Below, in pieces: positions 7,981 through 16,317 of a stretch of DNA of 32,000 bases. The stretch's first letter is position 1, and each line of letters opens with the position of its first letter. The translations under genes were made by a program, and so were the position numbers. This DNA is from Priestia koreensis (GTDB taxonomy: Bacteria; Bacillota; Bacilli; Bacillales; Bacillaceae_H): NCBI RefSeq assembly GCF_001274935.1, contig NZ_LILC01000016.1:19914-51913 (forward strand). Direction: 5' to 3'. The notes beneath the pieces were generated by a model. It saw only the letters and a list, made by a program, of their open reading frames with translations. It was not told the origin of the DNA and searched no databases.

Positions 7981-9297
7981 TTATTCGGCGCTGTGCTCTT
8001 CTTCGACTTTCACTACTTCGATGGCCTTAATCTGATGACCGTCTAAATCTTTAACTGTAAATTGATATCCTTCGTAAACAATTGAATCGTCCACCTGCAC
8101 ATCAATTTTTTGCGTTAAAATCCAGCCTCCGATTGTATCAATCGTCGAATTATCAATATCAAGATGTAGCAAGCGGTTTACGTCCGCAATGAGTGCTTTT
8201 GCTTGAAGTTTGTAGTGGTGATCACCGACTTTTTGAATTTCAAGCTGCTCCTCTTCGTCAAACTCATCTCGTATTTCTCCGACGATCTCTTCTAAAATAT
8301 CTTCCGTCGTAACAAGACCCGCCGTTCCACCATATTCGTCAATTAATACCGCCATGTGAATACGCTTCTTCTGCATAGCTAGTAGCAAATCGTGAATGGC
8401 AATGGACTCAATGACTTGAATAATCGGCTTCATGTACAAATCAATTGGCTTTTTCTTAATCGAGTCATCGATGACCACGTCATTTAAAATTTCTTTCACG
8501 TTCACAAGACCTAGCACCTGGTCTTTGTCACTGTCACTTACAACCGGATAGCGCGTGTAGCGCTCCTTAACGGCAAGATGCAGAAACTCTTCAACCGTTT
8601 GATTGCTTGAGATAACCATCATTTCTGTCCGAGGCACCATAATCTCTCGTGCCACACGGTTATCAAACTCAAAAATATTGTTCACGTATTTAAATTCAGA
8701 CTGATTAATCTCCCCGCCTTCATAGCTTTCAGACAAGATAATGCGCAGCTCTTCTTCACTATGTGCAAGCTCATGCTCTGATGCAGGCTTTAGTCCGAAT
8801 AACCCCACTAACACACGCGCAGATCCGTTTAAAATCCAAATAAACGGAAACATGATGCGATAAAACCAAATAAGCGGTGTAGCAAATAATAATGTTACGG
8901 TTTCAGCTTTTTGAATAGCAGCCGTTTTTGGCGCAAGCTCTCCCACTACAACGTGCAAAAATGTCATGACTGCAAACGCGATACCAAAGGATAAAAAATA
9001 AGAAGCTGTAGCAGACAGCTCTAAGCTATCAAAAACCGGATGAAGAATCTTTTCAACCGTCGGCTCCCCAAGGGCCCCGATTCCAAGAGCTGTAATGGTA
9101 ATCCCTAGCTGACAGGCTGATAAATATTCATCCAAATGCGACGTTACCTTTTTAGCGGCAAGCGCCCCTTTTCTTCCCTCTGCTACTAGCTGATCCACCT
9201 TCGAGCTTCTCATTTTCACAATCGCAAACTCGGCTGCCACGAAAAAAGCCGTTAATAAAATTAAAACCGCAACTAATATTAAATTAATGGTTATCAA
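7981..9297 (-). CDS. CNNM/DUF21-CBS-CorC_HlyC family protein (hemolysin-like; putative Mg2+/divalent cation efflux, YhdP/YqhB-like)
   Basis: [28 protein letters not shown] ... [14 protein letters not shown] (DUF21). A tandem CBS region contains [10 protein letters not shown], and the C-terminal CorC_HlyC domain contains GWILTQ. The start codon is TTG (9295-9297). Confidence 0.9.
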   Translation of the reverse strand: MITINLILVAVLILLTAFFVAAEFAIVKMRSSKVDQLVAEGRKGALAAKKVTSHLDEYLSACQLGITITALGIGALGEPTVEKILHPVFDSLELSATASYFLSFGIAFAVMTFLHVVVGELAPKTAAIQKAETVTLLFATPLIWFYRIMFPFIWILNGSARVLVGLFGLKPASEHELAHSEEELRIILSESYEGGEINQSEFKYVNNIFEFDNRVAREIMVPRTEMMVISSNQTVEEFLHLAVKERYTRYPVVSDSDKDQVLGLVNVKEILNDVVIDDSIKKKPIDLYMKPIIQVIESIAIHDLLLAMQKKRIHMAVLIDEYGGTAGLVTTEDILEEIVGEIRDEFDEEEQLEIQKVGDHHYKLQAKALIADVNRLLHLDIDNSTIDTIGGWILTQKIDVQVDDSIVYEGYQFTVKDLDGHQIKAIEVVKVEEEHSAE

Positions 9298-9305
9298 ATA
9301 TGATT

Positions 9306-9341
9306 CTTATCCTATCCATGTAGGATAAGAGTCCACCTCCT
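9306..9341 (-). promoter_or_regulatory. Strong SD (AGGAGGTGGA) separated from the TTG start by a perfect 9-10 bp hairpin
   Basis: Minus strand reads AGGAGGTGGA-CT-CTTATCCTA-CATGGA-TAGGATAAG-AATCATAT-TTG. The SD is at 9332-9341 and the hairpin at 9306-9329. Confidence 0.5.
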
Positions 9342-9643
9342 GTTAAATAGAAAAATAGATTAATAGTTGTATAGGCATTCCATGTTGCACTACCGTCTAT
9401 TCTTACATATGCCATACTTGAACAACTGCTAAATTGATACGTCTCTGCCCCATGAAATCACCCCCTTAAAGAAATCGTTTCATTTTTCTTACTCATTCAT
9501 ACGAAGACAGGATTCAAAAGTTTCATTTTTTCGTTCATTTTAAAAAAAACATACATCTAGCTGTCACAATAAACAAGTGACCCCTCCATAAAATGTATGC
9601 TATGGTGCATATACACATTATTTTTAGCAAAAAGGAGAGTAAG

Positions 9644-9832
9644 ATGAACACCCAAAGCTTTATCACCATTTTTATCATTTACGTAACCTTGGACATTTTA
9701 AAAGGCGTTCACCTTACCAACAGCTGGATCATTAATCACCTCGTTGAATTTGCGGTATGCATGCTCGTCTTTTATATCTTCTCAAGCGTTTGGCACTTTT
9801 TTATGAAAAAACAGCCTCATAAAAACGGTTAA
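9644..9832 (+). CDS. Small hypothetical membrane protein (62 aa, 2 TM)
   Basis: Start moved to ATG 9644 (MNTQSFITIFIIY), which is preceded by AAAAGGAGAG with 4-5 nt spacing. There are two hydrophobic segments. Confidence 0.55.
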   Translation: MNTQSFITIFIIYVTLDILKGVHLTNSWIINHLVEFAVCMLVFYIFSSVWHFFMKKQPHKNG

Positions 9833-9966
9833 AAACGCTATGAATGTATGAAGAAAAAGAAGGCTCCACAAGCATGTAAAAAAGAAACCATAGGCTCTTT
9901 TTTATAGCTTTCCTTTTCATGTGTAAAATAATGAATCACATATCCATTCACCGGATATTTATAATC

Positions 9967-10006
9967 TAAAAAAGGCCTAGAGAAATTTTTATACTCAGGC
10001 CCTTTT
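9967..10006 (-). terminator. Rho-independent terminator after the GyrI-like gene
   Basis: Minus strand reads GGGCCTGAG ... CTCTAGGCC followed by TTTTTTAG. Confidence 0.55.
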
Positions 10007-10062
10007 CCGTAATATTTTGACGTTCTCTTTTTGCGCGATTGATTTCCAAGTAATTTATCTAT

Positions 10063-10527
10063 TTATTTAGTCATGATCGGAACCCAGAGTTCATTTCTAG
10101 GCTTATGTTTTTGGGGATAATAACATTCGATACAAGGTATATCCGCAAGTTCATATCCAGAAGTTGGAACCCACTCTACATATAATCGTTTCCAGGCATT
10201 CGTGATACCTGGAAAAACAGCCCAAGTTCTGTGATGAATCGTGTGCGTTTCCAAACCAATTGGAGCTTTTCCATCATACCGGACACCCATAAAGTATGTA
10301 AATTCCTCATCCGTAATGGCGGCCTCTTTTCCACAAACACCCAAAAGGCTTTCAAGGGTGCATTTTGGCTCTTCCCAAGACATGTCAATTAACTGCTGCA
10401 TAAATCCGTCTTTTTTGGCGCCATTCCAAAGCGTAGGAATTGTTTTAAAGGCTCTACTTGTTTTAACCACCTTACCTTTCCCTACAACTTGCAAGTTAAA
10501 ATCAAGCGTCTCAATTCGATAGTCCAT
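10063..10527 (-). CDS. GyrI-like / AraC effector-binding-domain small-molecule binding protein (stand-alone)
   Basis: 154 aa. The pattern (IETLDFNLQVVG ... IPTLWN ... TWAVFP ... WKRLYVEWVPTSGYE ... IECY) is typical of GyrI-like/Cass2 domain proteins. SD is GAGGGGGA. Confidence 0.75.
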   Translation of the reverse strand: MDYRIETLDFNLQVVGKGKVVKTSRAFKTIPTLWNGAKKDGFMQQLIDMSWEEPKCTLESLLGVCGKEAAITDEEFTYFMGVRYDGKAPIGLETHTIHHRTWAVFPGITNAWKRLYVEWVPTSGYELADIPCIECYYPQKHKPRNELWVPIMTK

Positions 10528-10554
10528 TTTGATATCCCCCTCTATTAAAATAAT

Positions 10555-10701
10555 TTAAATCATCATACTATTTGTCACGTTTGAAATATCCCACCCGCTT
10601 ATACGACTAATCCGATAAACGTTTAGCATACATTCAACAATGACCCATGCACCGATTCCGTACAGAACGCTTGCTATATTTAAATTTGCTACGTAGTTCA
10701 T
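10555..10701 (-). CDS. Possible small membrane ORF (48 aa) upstream of the GyrI-like gene
   Basis: My translation: MNYVANLNIASVLYGIGAWVIVECMLNVYRISRISGWDISNVTNSMMI. AAGGTGA lies 4 nt before the ATG (short spacing). It is below the ORF-track length cut-off. Confidence 0.3.
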   Translation of the reverse strand: MNYVANLNIASVLYGIGAWVIVECMLNVYRISRISGWDISNVTNSMMI

Positions 10702-10760
10702 ATGCTCACCTTTCATTTTAGTATTTTTCAATATTTTACCATAAAATTAACATTAAAGGC

Positions 10761-12386
10761 TCACAGTGATTGCTTCGCTAAACGATCTAACTCTTCTTCA
10801 ATCTCCTTGACGTCGATTCGTTCGAAGAGCGGTTCTACACCTTGAATTGTTGTTTCACTTATAGAAATGGGCAACCACTGCCATTCTTCTATTCCTAAGA
10901 GAGTTTGTATTTTGGTGCTTGAAAACGGTAGAAAGGGCGCCAAAAGCTGTGCAAAATTAACGATGCTGTACACACATGTTCGAATTGTTTTGTATCCTGC
11001 TTGTGGGTCCTCTTGTCGCTGTAGCCACGGTTTTTGCTCATCAAAGTATTTATTGACCGCGCGAATCCCCTGAAAAATCTCCTCTAACGATCGTTTAAAG
11101 GCTGTTTTTTCAATTCGTTCTCCAACCGTCTGATACAGCGTGGAGACAAGTTGTGAAATAGAAAGATCAAGCTCACCGTTTGGAAGAAATCCCTCATAAT
11201 ACTTCTCAACAAATTTCAGCGTCCGGTTTACAAGATTTCCATAAGCACCTAATAGTTCACCGTTGTGACTTAAAATAAATTCGCGCCATGAAAAATCCGT
11301 ATCGCGATTTTCTGGTGCATTAATCGTTAAAAAGTAACGAATGGAGTCAGGATCGTAGCGCTCGATCATATCAGGAACCCAAACAGCCCAATTTTTACTC
11401 GTCGATAGCTTCTTTTTCTCAAGAGTCAAATACTCGTTGGAAACAATATGCGTCGGAAGCGCATCGCTGTTCATTCCGACTAAGAGAGCGGGCCAAATAA
11501 TCGTATGAAACGGAATATTATCCTTTCCATGAACGTAATAAGACGTGACATCCTTTTTCCAAAATGTTTCGTATGATTTTCCGTGCTTTGTCCCCCACTC
11601 TACGCTCGCAGAATAATAGCCAACTACCGCCTCAATCCATACATACACTTTCTTTTCCTCGTAGCTCTTCACCGGAACAGGTACGCCAATTGGCAGATCT
11701 CTAGAAGCTGCTCGATCTTGCAGTCCTTCTCGAAGATAACGTTTCGTCAGCTGAACCGCATTGTCACGCCACCCGGTGCTCTCCTTTACATACTTCTCAA
11801 TCTGCTCCTGCAGCTGACTAAGCGCAAAATAAAAGTGATCCGTTTCTCTAACAGTCGGATGATCGCCACAGACTTTACACGTCTTTTCTAGCAAATCAAC
11901 GGGATCTAAAATCGCGGAGCATTCCTCACACTGATCGCCTCTTGCTTCCTGACCACAGTGAGGACAGATGCCTTCTACATAGCGGTCAGGTAAAAACTGC
12001 TCGCACGTATAACAATACGCCTGCTCGGTTTCCTTTTTATAGATCCAGCCGTTTTGAATAAGCTCGTTAAAAATACGTTGTACAACATGATGATGATTTG
12101 GTGTATCGGTTCGCGTATAGCAGTCGTAAGAAAACCCTAGCTTTGAAAAACATTTATAAAACTCCTGGTGATAACGATCGGCAATTTCTTTCGGTGCGAC
12201 CCCCTCTTGTTTGGCACGAATTGCAATGGGCGTTCCGTTACAGTCACTTCCTGATACATATAAAACTTTCTCACCCTTCATTCGATAATACCGTGCCAAA
12301 ATGTCTCCTGATAATAAACTAGCAATATGCCCTAAATGCAAGGAACCGTTCGCATAAGGCCAAGCTCCTCCGATAAATACCGTCAT
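10761..12386 (-). CDS. metG: Methionine--tRNA ligase, short form (541 aa, no C-terminal tRNA-binding appendix; MetRS2-like)
   Basis: Contains HLGH ([10 protein letters not shown]), a KMSKS variant (KLSTSKN) and a zinc knuckle (CPHCG ... CEECS ... CKVCG). SD is AAAGGAGGAAA. It is preceded by a T-box leader with an AUG specifier. Confidence 0.92.
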   Translation of the reverse strand: MTVFIGGAWPYANGSLHLGHIASLLSGDILARYYRMKGEKVLYVSGSDCNGTPIAIRAKQEGVAPKEIADRYHQEFYKCFSKLGFSYDCYTRTDTPNHHHVVQRIFNELIQNGWIYKKETEQAYCYTCEQFLPDRYVEGICPHCGQEARGDQCEECSAILDPVDLLEKTCKVCGDHPTVRETDHFYFALSQLQEQIEKYVKESTGWRDNAVQLTKRYLREGLQDRAASRDLPIGVPVPVKSYEEKKVYVWIEAVVGYYSASVEWGTKHGKSYETFWKKDVTSYYVHGKDNIPFHTIIWPALLVGMNSDALPTHIVSNEYLTLEKKKLSTSKNWAVWVPDMIERYDPDSIRYFLTINAPENRDTDFSWREFILSHNGELLGAYGNLVNRTLKFVEKYYEGFLPNGELDLSISQLVSTLYQTVGERIEKTAFKRSLEEIFQGIRAVNKYFDEQKPWLQRQEDPQAGYKTIRTCVYSIVNFAQLLAPFLPFSSTKIQTLLGIEEWQWLPISISETTIQGVEPLFERIDVKEIEEELDRLAKQSL

Positions 12387-12720
12387 ATTTTGTTTCCTCC
12401 TTTAGTAAAATGAACGCAAAAAAGCCCCGTCCCTATCTGCATTAGATAAGGACGAGGCTATAGTCTCGTGGTACCACCTTAATTTATAAAAGGCTCACAC
12501 CTTTCATCTCAACAAGTACGGAGCATTCAGCTCTTATACTGTGACTATGGTAACGAGCGCCAACTCTCGTGGTAGCCTACTCATGTACAAACACGTTCAG
12601 CTACACAGGCTCAGGGACCATTGTTCAAATGATAATTTTTGCTTCTTTTCAGCATCCGAAGCTCTCTGTGAAAAATCTTTTCATCCTACTTTTCCCGTCT
12701 TCGCCTTTTAATCATAAGGT
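12387..12720 (-). promoter_or_regulatory. T-box riboswitch leader, Met (AUG) specifier
   Basis: Read on the minus strand, the elements are as follows. Stem I base: GGCGAAGACGGGAAAAGTAGGATGA. AG bulge plus distal loop: CAGAGAGCTTCGGATGCTGAAAAGAAG. Specifier loop: TTGAACAATGGT, with AUG at 12619-12621 followed by a purine. Conserved T-box: AAGGTGGTACCACGAG (12464-12480). Terminator: CCTCGTCCTTATCT-AATGC-AGATAGGGACGGGG plus TTTTTT. Confidence 0.88.
12418..12458 (-). terminator. T-box attenuator terminator
   Basis: 14-bp stem (2 G-U pairs) with a 5-nt loop, followed by a U6 run on the minus strand. Its 5' arm overlaps the T-box antiterminator sequence. Confidence 0.85.
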
Positions 12721-12727
12721 TAAGATT

Positions 12728-12757
12728 ATTATAATCATCTTTACCTCAATAATCCAA
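12728..12757 (-). promoter_or_regulatory. Sigma-A promoter for the T-box/metG transcript
   Basis: Minus strand reads TTGGAT (12752-12757) - 18 nt - TATAAT (12728-12733). Confidence 0.55.
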
Positions 12758-12828
12758 CTGTTTTTTCAATTTTTTTACATCCATCACTATATCAAGCATC
12801 TTTGCCGTTGCGGATCTCATTCAACTTT

Positions 12829-13386
12829 TCATTTCTCTTCCCCGCTAAAAAAATGTGCCATCATGACCGTATTGTAGTATTTTCCGTCTGATAAGCGCTT
12901 GTCTGCTTTTAATACGCCTTCTACTTCAAAACCAAGTCTTTTGTATAGATCCATTGCATGCTTGTTCGTTTCAAGTACACGGAGCGTCATTTTTTTCATT
13001 TGCTGCTGATCGGCCCATTTTAGCGATTTCTTTAGCAAATTGCTTCCAATCCCGAAGCCCCAGTGTGTCTTTTTCACCCCTACTCCAAATTCAACGTGAT
13101 GTGAAAGGCGCTTTAATTCACTTCCCGAACAGCGCGAAAACCCTACTAGATTTCCCTCGGCCTCTGCCACAAGAAAAAGGCAGTGTCGACTACGTGTATC
13201 TTGCCCAATGAGCTCTTGAAATCCTTGCTCATCAATAAAACCCTCACCGGGCTCACGATCAAAATGCTCGGTTTCGCCGTCCACTTGAAGACGTAAGGCG
13301 GACAGTTCCTTTGCGTCGTCTTCTGTAGCGGAACGAATGATGTAAAACAGATCGTTTCGTTGAAAAACTCGTGGAGACATCTTCAT
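12829..13386 (-). CDS. GNAT family N-acetyltransferase
   Basis: Acetyl-CoA binding motif region VGVKKTHWGFGIGSNLLKKSLKWA and C-terminal LGFEVEG. The start lies 2 nt after the Nif3 stop, and SD is AAAGGGGTG. Confidence 0.85.
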   Translation of the reverse strand: MKMSPRVFQRNDLFYIIRSATEDDAKELSALRLQVDGETEHFDREPGEGFIDEQGFQELIGQDTRSRHCLFLVAEAEGNLVGFSRCSGSELKRLSHHVEFGVGVKKTHWGFGIGSNLLKKSLKWADQQQMKKMTLRVLETNKHAMDLYKRLGFEVEGVLKADKRLSDGKYYNTVMMAHFFSGEEK

Positions 13387-13388
13387 CG

Positions 13389-14156
13389 CTACACCCCTTT
13401 TCCATGATTAAGTTCAAAGTGCGCTTCTCTAATTTCGACTAGCTCAACCATCGGGTTCAATTCTTTAATACGTTCTGCCAGGGTTCGCACGCCAAATATT
13501 TCGGTAAACGTGTGACTTCCTGCGATGAGATTCATCCTTACAAACGACGCATATTGAATGCCGTATAGCGTTGCTTCTCCGGTTATGTACGTATCGCATC
13601 CTTGTTCTAGCGCCCATTTTAGATGGTCAGTTGTATGACCTGCACCTGTTAAAATACCCACTCTTTTCACGGGTTGATCGTGATTCTTCCATCCACGGAC
13701 AGGCTCTTGAAGAGATGTACGCATACTTTGTAAAAGTGATTCAAATGAAATAGGCGGATTACATAATCCTATCCCCGGAAGATCACCCCCGTCATAGATG
13801 GAATAGCGTTCAACGTTTACTCCAATCACGTTCATAAGAGACGTAGATGTGCCAAACTCTACAAAGTCAAGCGGTGCGTGAATATAGAAACTGCTAATCT
13901 TATATTCTCTCAGCTTGTCAACACATGCCTCTCTTAATCCGTAAAGGAAATCCCATGCGTCGTGATGCGTTACAATTAGATCCACACCTGACTTATGTGC
14001 ATCTTCAATAACCTCTAACGATAGATTGGTTGCATACCCAATTCGTTGAATGCTGCGGTTGGCTTCATATATGAAACCATAATCATCATCAAATTCTTGA
14101 AGAAGCTTCTCAGGAAAAAGTTTCGTGATGATCTCCTTAAATTGCCTCGTATCCAT
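13389..14156 (-). CDS. Nif3-like dinuclear metal centre protein (NIF3/DUF34 family)
   Basis: DLIVTHHDAWDF, GAGHTTDH and IAGSHTFTE motifs. 255 aa. SD is GGGGAG. Confidence 0.85.
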   Translation of the reverse strand: MDTRQFKEIITKLFPEKLLQEFDDDYGFIYEANRSIQRIGYATNLSLEVIEDAHKSGVDLIVTHHDAWDFLYGLREACVDKLREYKISSFYIHAPLDFVEFGTSTSLMNVIGVNVERYSIYDGGDLPGIGLCNPPISFESLLQSMRTSLQEPVRGWKNHDQPVKRVGILTGAGHTTDHLKWALEQGCDTYITGEATLYGIQYASFVRMNLIAGSHTFTEIFGVRTLAERIKELNPMVELVEIREAHFELNHGKGV

Positions 14157-14246
14157 TCGTTTTCTCCCCTATCTTCTGAAATTGTACCGTGCAGAAAATT
14201 ATTCCATTTTTTCACACATTCGTCACTATCTTGTTTTACAAAATAG

Positions 14247-14275
14247 TTGACTTCCAATATTTTCTGTTCTATCAT
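14247..14275 (+). promoter_or_regulatory. Sigma-A promoter of the padR-like operon
   Basis: TTGACT (14247-14252) - 17 nt - TATCAT (14270-14275). It is flanked by the repeated 7-mers TATCTTG / CAAGATA. Confidence 0.55.
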
Positions 14276-14358
14276 GTATTACAAGATACTTATTTCCTAA
14301 CAAAAGGAAATCTTATCAGTTTAGATTAACTATCTTGCATTACAAGGGAGCTGGGTAA

Positions 14359-14682
14359 TTGGCAACAAGCACACAAATGTTAAAGGGAATTTTGGATGGC
14401 TGTCTGCTCGCCGTCATTGCACGCGGCGAAACGTACGGCTATGAAATGATTGAAAAACTTGAGCAGTATGGCTTTCACATGATTAGTGAAGGCAGCATTT
14501 ATCCCGTTCTAATGCGTATGCAAAAAGACGGACTCGTTACAACGGTCACAAAAGCTTCACCTAGCGGGCCAAAGCGAAAATATTATTCCATTACGGAGCT
14601 GGGAACAGAGCGCCTAGAGGATTTTGAAGAAAAATGGAATGACTTATCAAAGGCGGTAAACACGCTGTTTCATAAACAATAA
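14359..14682 (+). CDS. PadR family transcriptional regulator
   Basis: LKGILDGCLLAVIARGETYGYEMIEKL ... EGSIYPVLMRMQKDGLV ... RKYYSITELG is a classic PadR winged-helix. The start is TTG, with GGGAG 8 nt upstream. Confidence 0.9.
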   Translation: MATSTQMLKGILDGCLLAVIARGETYGYEMIEKLEQYGFHMISEGSIYPVLMRMQKDGLVTTVTKASPSGPKRKYYSITELGTERLEDFEEKWNDLSKAVNTLFHKQ

Positions 14683-14695
14683 AGGAGTGATGTTC

Positions 14696-15457
14696 ATGTT
14701 ATCTAAAAAAGCCGAACAGTTTTTAACGGACTTACATCTCTATTTAACAACGTATGGAAAAAATGAACAGGAAATTAAAGACATTGTAGAGGAATTACGA
14801 GATCATCTTATAGAGGCCGAACAGCGCGGGAAAAATATTGATGATATTACCGGGGGTTCTCCAAAATCCTATATGAAACAAGTAAAAAATGAAATGCAAA
14901 CGGATAAAAAGGAAATCTTGTCCCTTCTCATGCTTTTCTTCCCACTTTCCATTGCTTACATTATTTTACCAGACGCCGTACAAGGAGAAGCAGCGTATAC
15001 GCTATTAGAAATGATTGGTTACCTGTCTATTTTCGCGATTGGGCTCATTTTATTCATTGTCATTGCGCGTTTAGATAGCTTAAAAGTATTGTCTTCTTCC
15101 GCCCAAATGGTGCTCTATGGCATCGGTGGAGGATTACCGCTTGTCTTGTTCATCGCTATTAAACTACTAAATAAGTGGCTAGAACTGACACCTGTCTGGA
15201 CCGCAACACCTTTACAAAATAACCTAATTATCATCGTCTGCTCACTCTATTTTATCGTATGCTCCATCATGATGAAAACGTGGTCGACGATTGTCGTTCC
15301 GCTTCTTATTATCGTACCAACACCTATTGCCTCTTACTTCACGGATTCCGAAAAATCACAAGCTATTATTAGCGCTTCTATTTTAATGGGAGGAAGCTTA
15401 CTTATTTCACTTTATCTATTTTTTCAAATGAAGCGCGATATGAAAGAGACTCAATAG
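14696..15457 (+). CDS. Membrane protein with an N-terminal DUF1700/HAAS-like helical domain (PadR-associated sensor/anti-repressor candidate)
   Basis: Start chosen at ATG 14696, with AAAGGAG 8 nt upstream. The N-terminus MLSKKAEQFLTDLHLYLTTYGKNEQEIKDIVEELRDHLIEAEQRGKNIDDI is followed by about 5 TM helices. It lies 13 nt after padR. Confidence 0.7.
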   Translation: MLSKKAEQFLTDLHLYLTTYGKNEQEIKDIVEELRDHLIEAEQRGKNIDDITGGSPKSYMKQVKNEMQTDKKEILSLLMLFFPLSIAYIILPDAVQGEAAYTLLEMIGYLSIFAIGLILFIVIARLDSLKVLSSSAQMVLYGIGGGLPLVLFIAIKLLNKWLELTPVWTATPLQNNLIIIVCSLYFIVCSIMMKTWSTIVVPLLIIVPTPIASYFTDSEKSQAIISASILMGGSLLISLYLFFQMKRDMKETQ

Positions 15458-15490
15458 AAAAAAACGGCAGTGATGTTACTGCCGTTTTTT
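15458..15490. terminator. Bidirectional rho-independent terminator
   Basis: AAAAACGGCAGT-GATGTT-ACTGCCGTTTTT is a perfect 12-bp stem including the A/T runs. It sits between convergent genes. Confidence 0.85.
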
Positions 15491-16082
15491 AGTATGAACT
15501 AACAAAATACCAATTTTGATCCATCTTCGTAATCTCTCTAAAATGAGCATCAAAGGCTTTTCCAGACGGTTTTTTATGAATAGGTACATAAACGAAACCA
15601 GAAAAGTTATCCATTGCTCCTAAATACGTAAAAAAGAGAATACTGTACCCACCGCTCGTTTTTGCAACGACTACTTCACCACCGCCGCTTGAAAGATTCT
15701 TAAATTTCGATGGTAAAGTGATCAATGTAGGCTGATCCGATACGTTTTTGCTGAGCTCGCCGCTTTCAATCTTTTTTACTACTTCTTCTCTTTTGGATTG
15801 ATGCAGCTCAAAATCAACTCTTAAATTAATTTGATTAAATGGAACCAAAAATAAAACAGCAATCGTAATGACTTGAACGGTGAACGGCTTCCAGTCTTTG
15901 TGCTTAACGAGTTCAATGACCGCTTTGATCGTGACCACAATAAAAAAGCCAAACAGAACGAAAGCAAGGGGAAGCAGCATAAATTCGGTGATTACATCAA
16001 CGATTTCCCACTTGAAAAATTCATACAAAATAACCAACACACTACTGATGATGGCCAGTAGAAACCATTTATTTTGTTTCAC
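15489..16082 (-). CDS. Hypothetical membrane protein (3 N-terminal TM plus a soluble C-terminal domain)
   Basis: GTG start with AGGAG 10 nt upstream. 197 aa. I recognise no family motif. Confidence 0.6.
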   Translation of the reverse strand: MKQNKWFLLAIISSVLVILYEFFKWEIVDVITEFMLLPLAFVLFGFFIVVTIKAVIELVKHKDWKPFTVQVITIAVLFLVPFNQINLRVDFELHQSKREEVVKKIESGELSKNVSDQPTLITLPSKFKNLSSGGGEVVVAKTSGGYSILFFTYLGAMDNFSGFVYVPIHKKPSGKAFDAHFREITKMDQNWYFVSSY

Positions 16083-16317
16083 TGTTGTTCAACTCCTGAT
16101 GAAGGAAATCTCGTGTACGTACCCTCACAAATGACCTCAAATATTGTAAGTACTATGTATTCATTCAAAATGGACAGCTTATTTTAGCACACCCCCTTTT
16201 CCTTGAATAGCTTTCTTTTTAGCTTATATTTCCTTACAAAACAAAAAAACAGAAAAACCACCGTCGTTTTCCTCTGACACATAGTTAAATAGAATAAAAA
16301 TCTGGTTTTATTCCCCC

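Noticed and set aside
9342-9592. The leader of the CNNM/CorC gene as an M-box (Mg2+) or yybP-ykoY (Mn2+) riboswitch
   Set aside because: I could not find the conserved cores of either class as I remember them. Only generic stem potential is present. A covariance-model scan is needed before making any such claim.
12569-12877. 102-aa plus-strand ORF
   Set aside because: It lies antisense across the T-box leader and its promoter. It has no SD, and its Ile/Phe-rich product is typical of an AT-rich non-coding strand.
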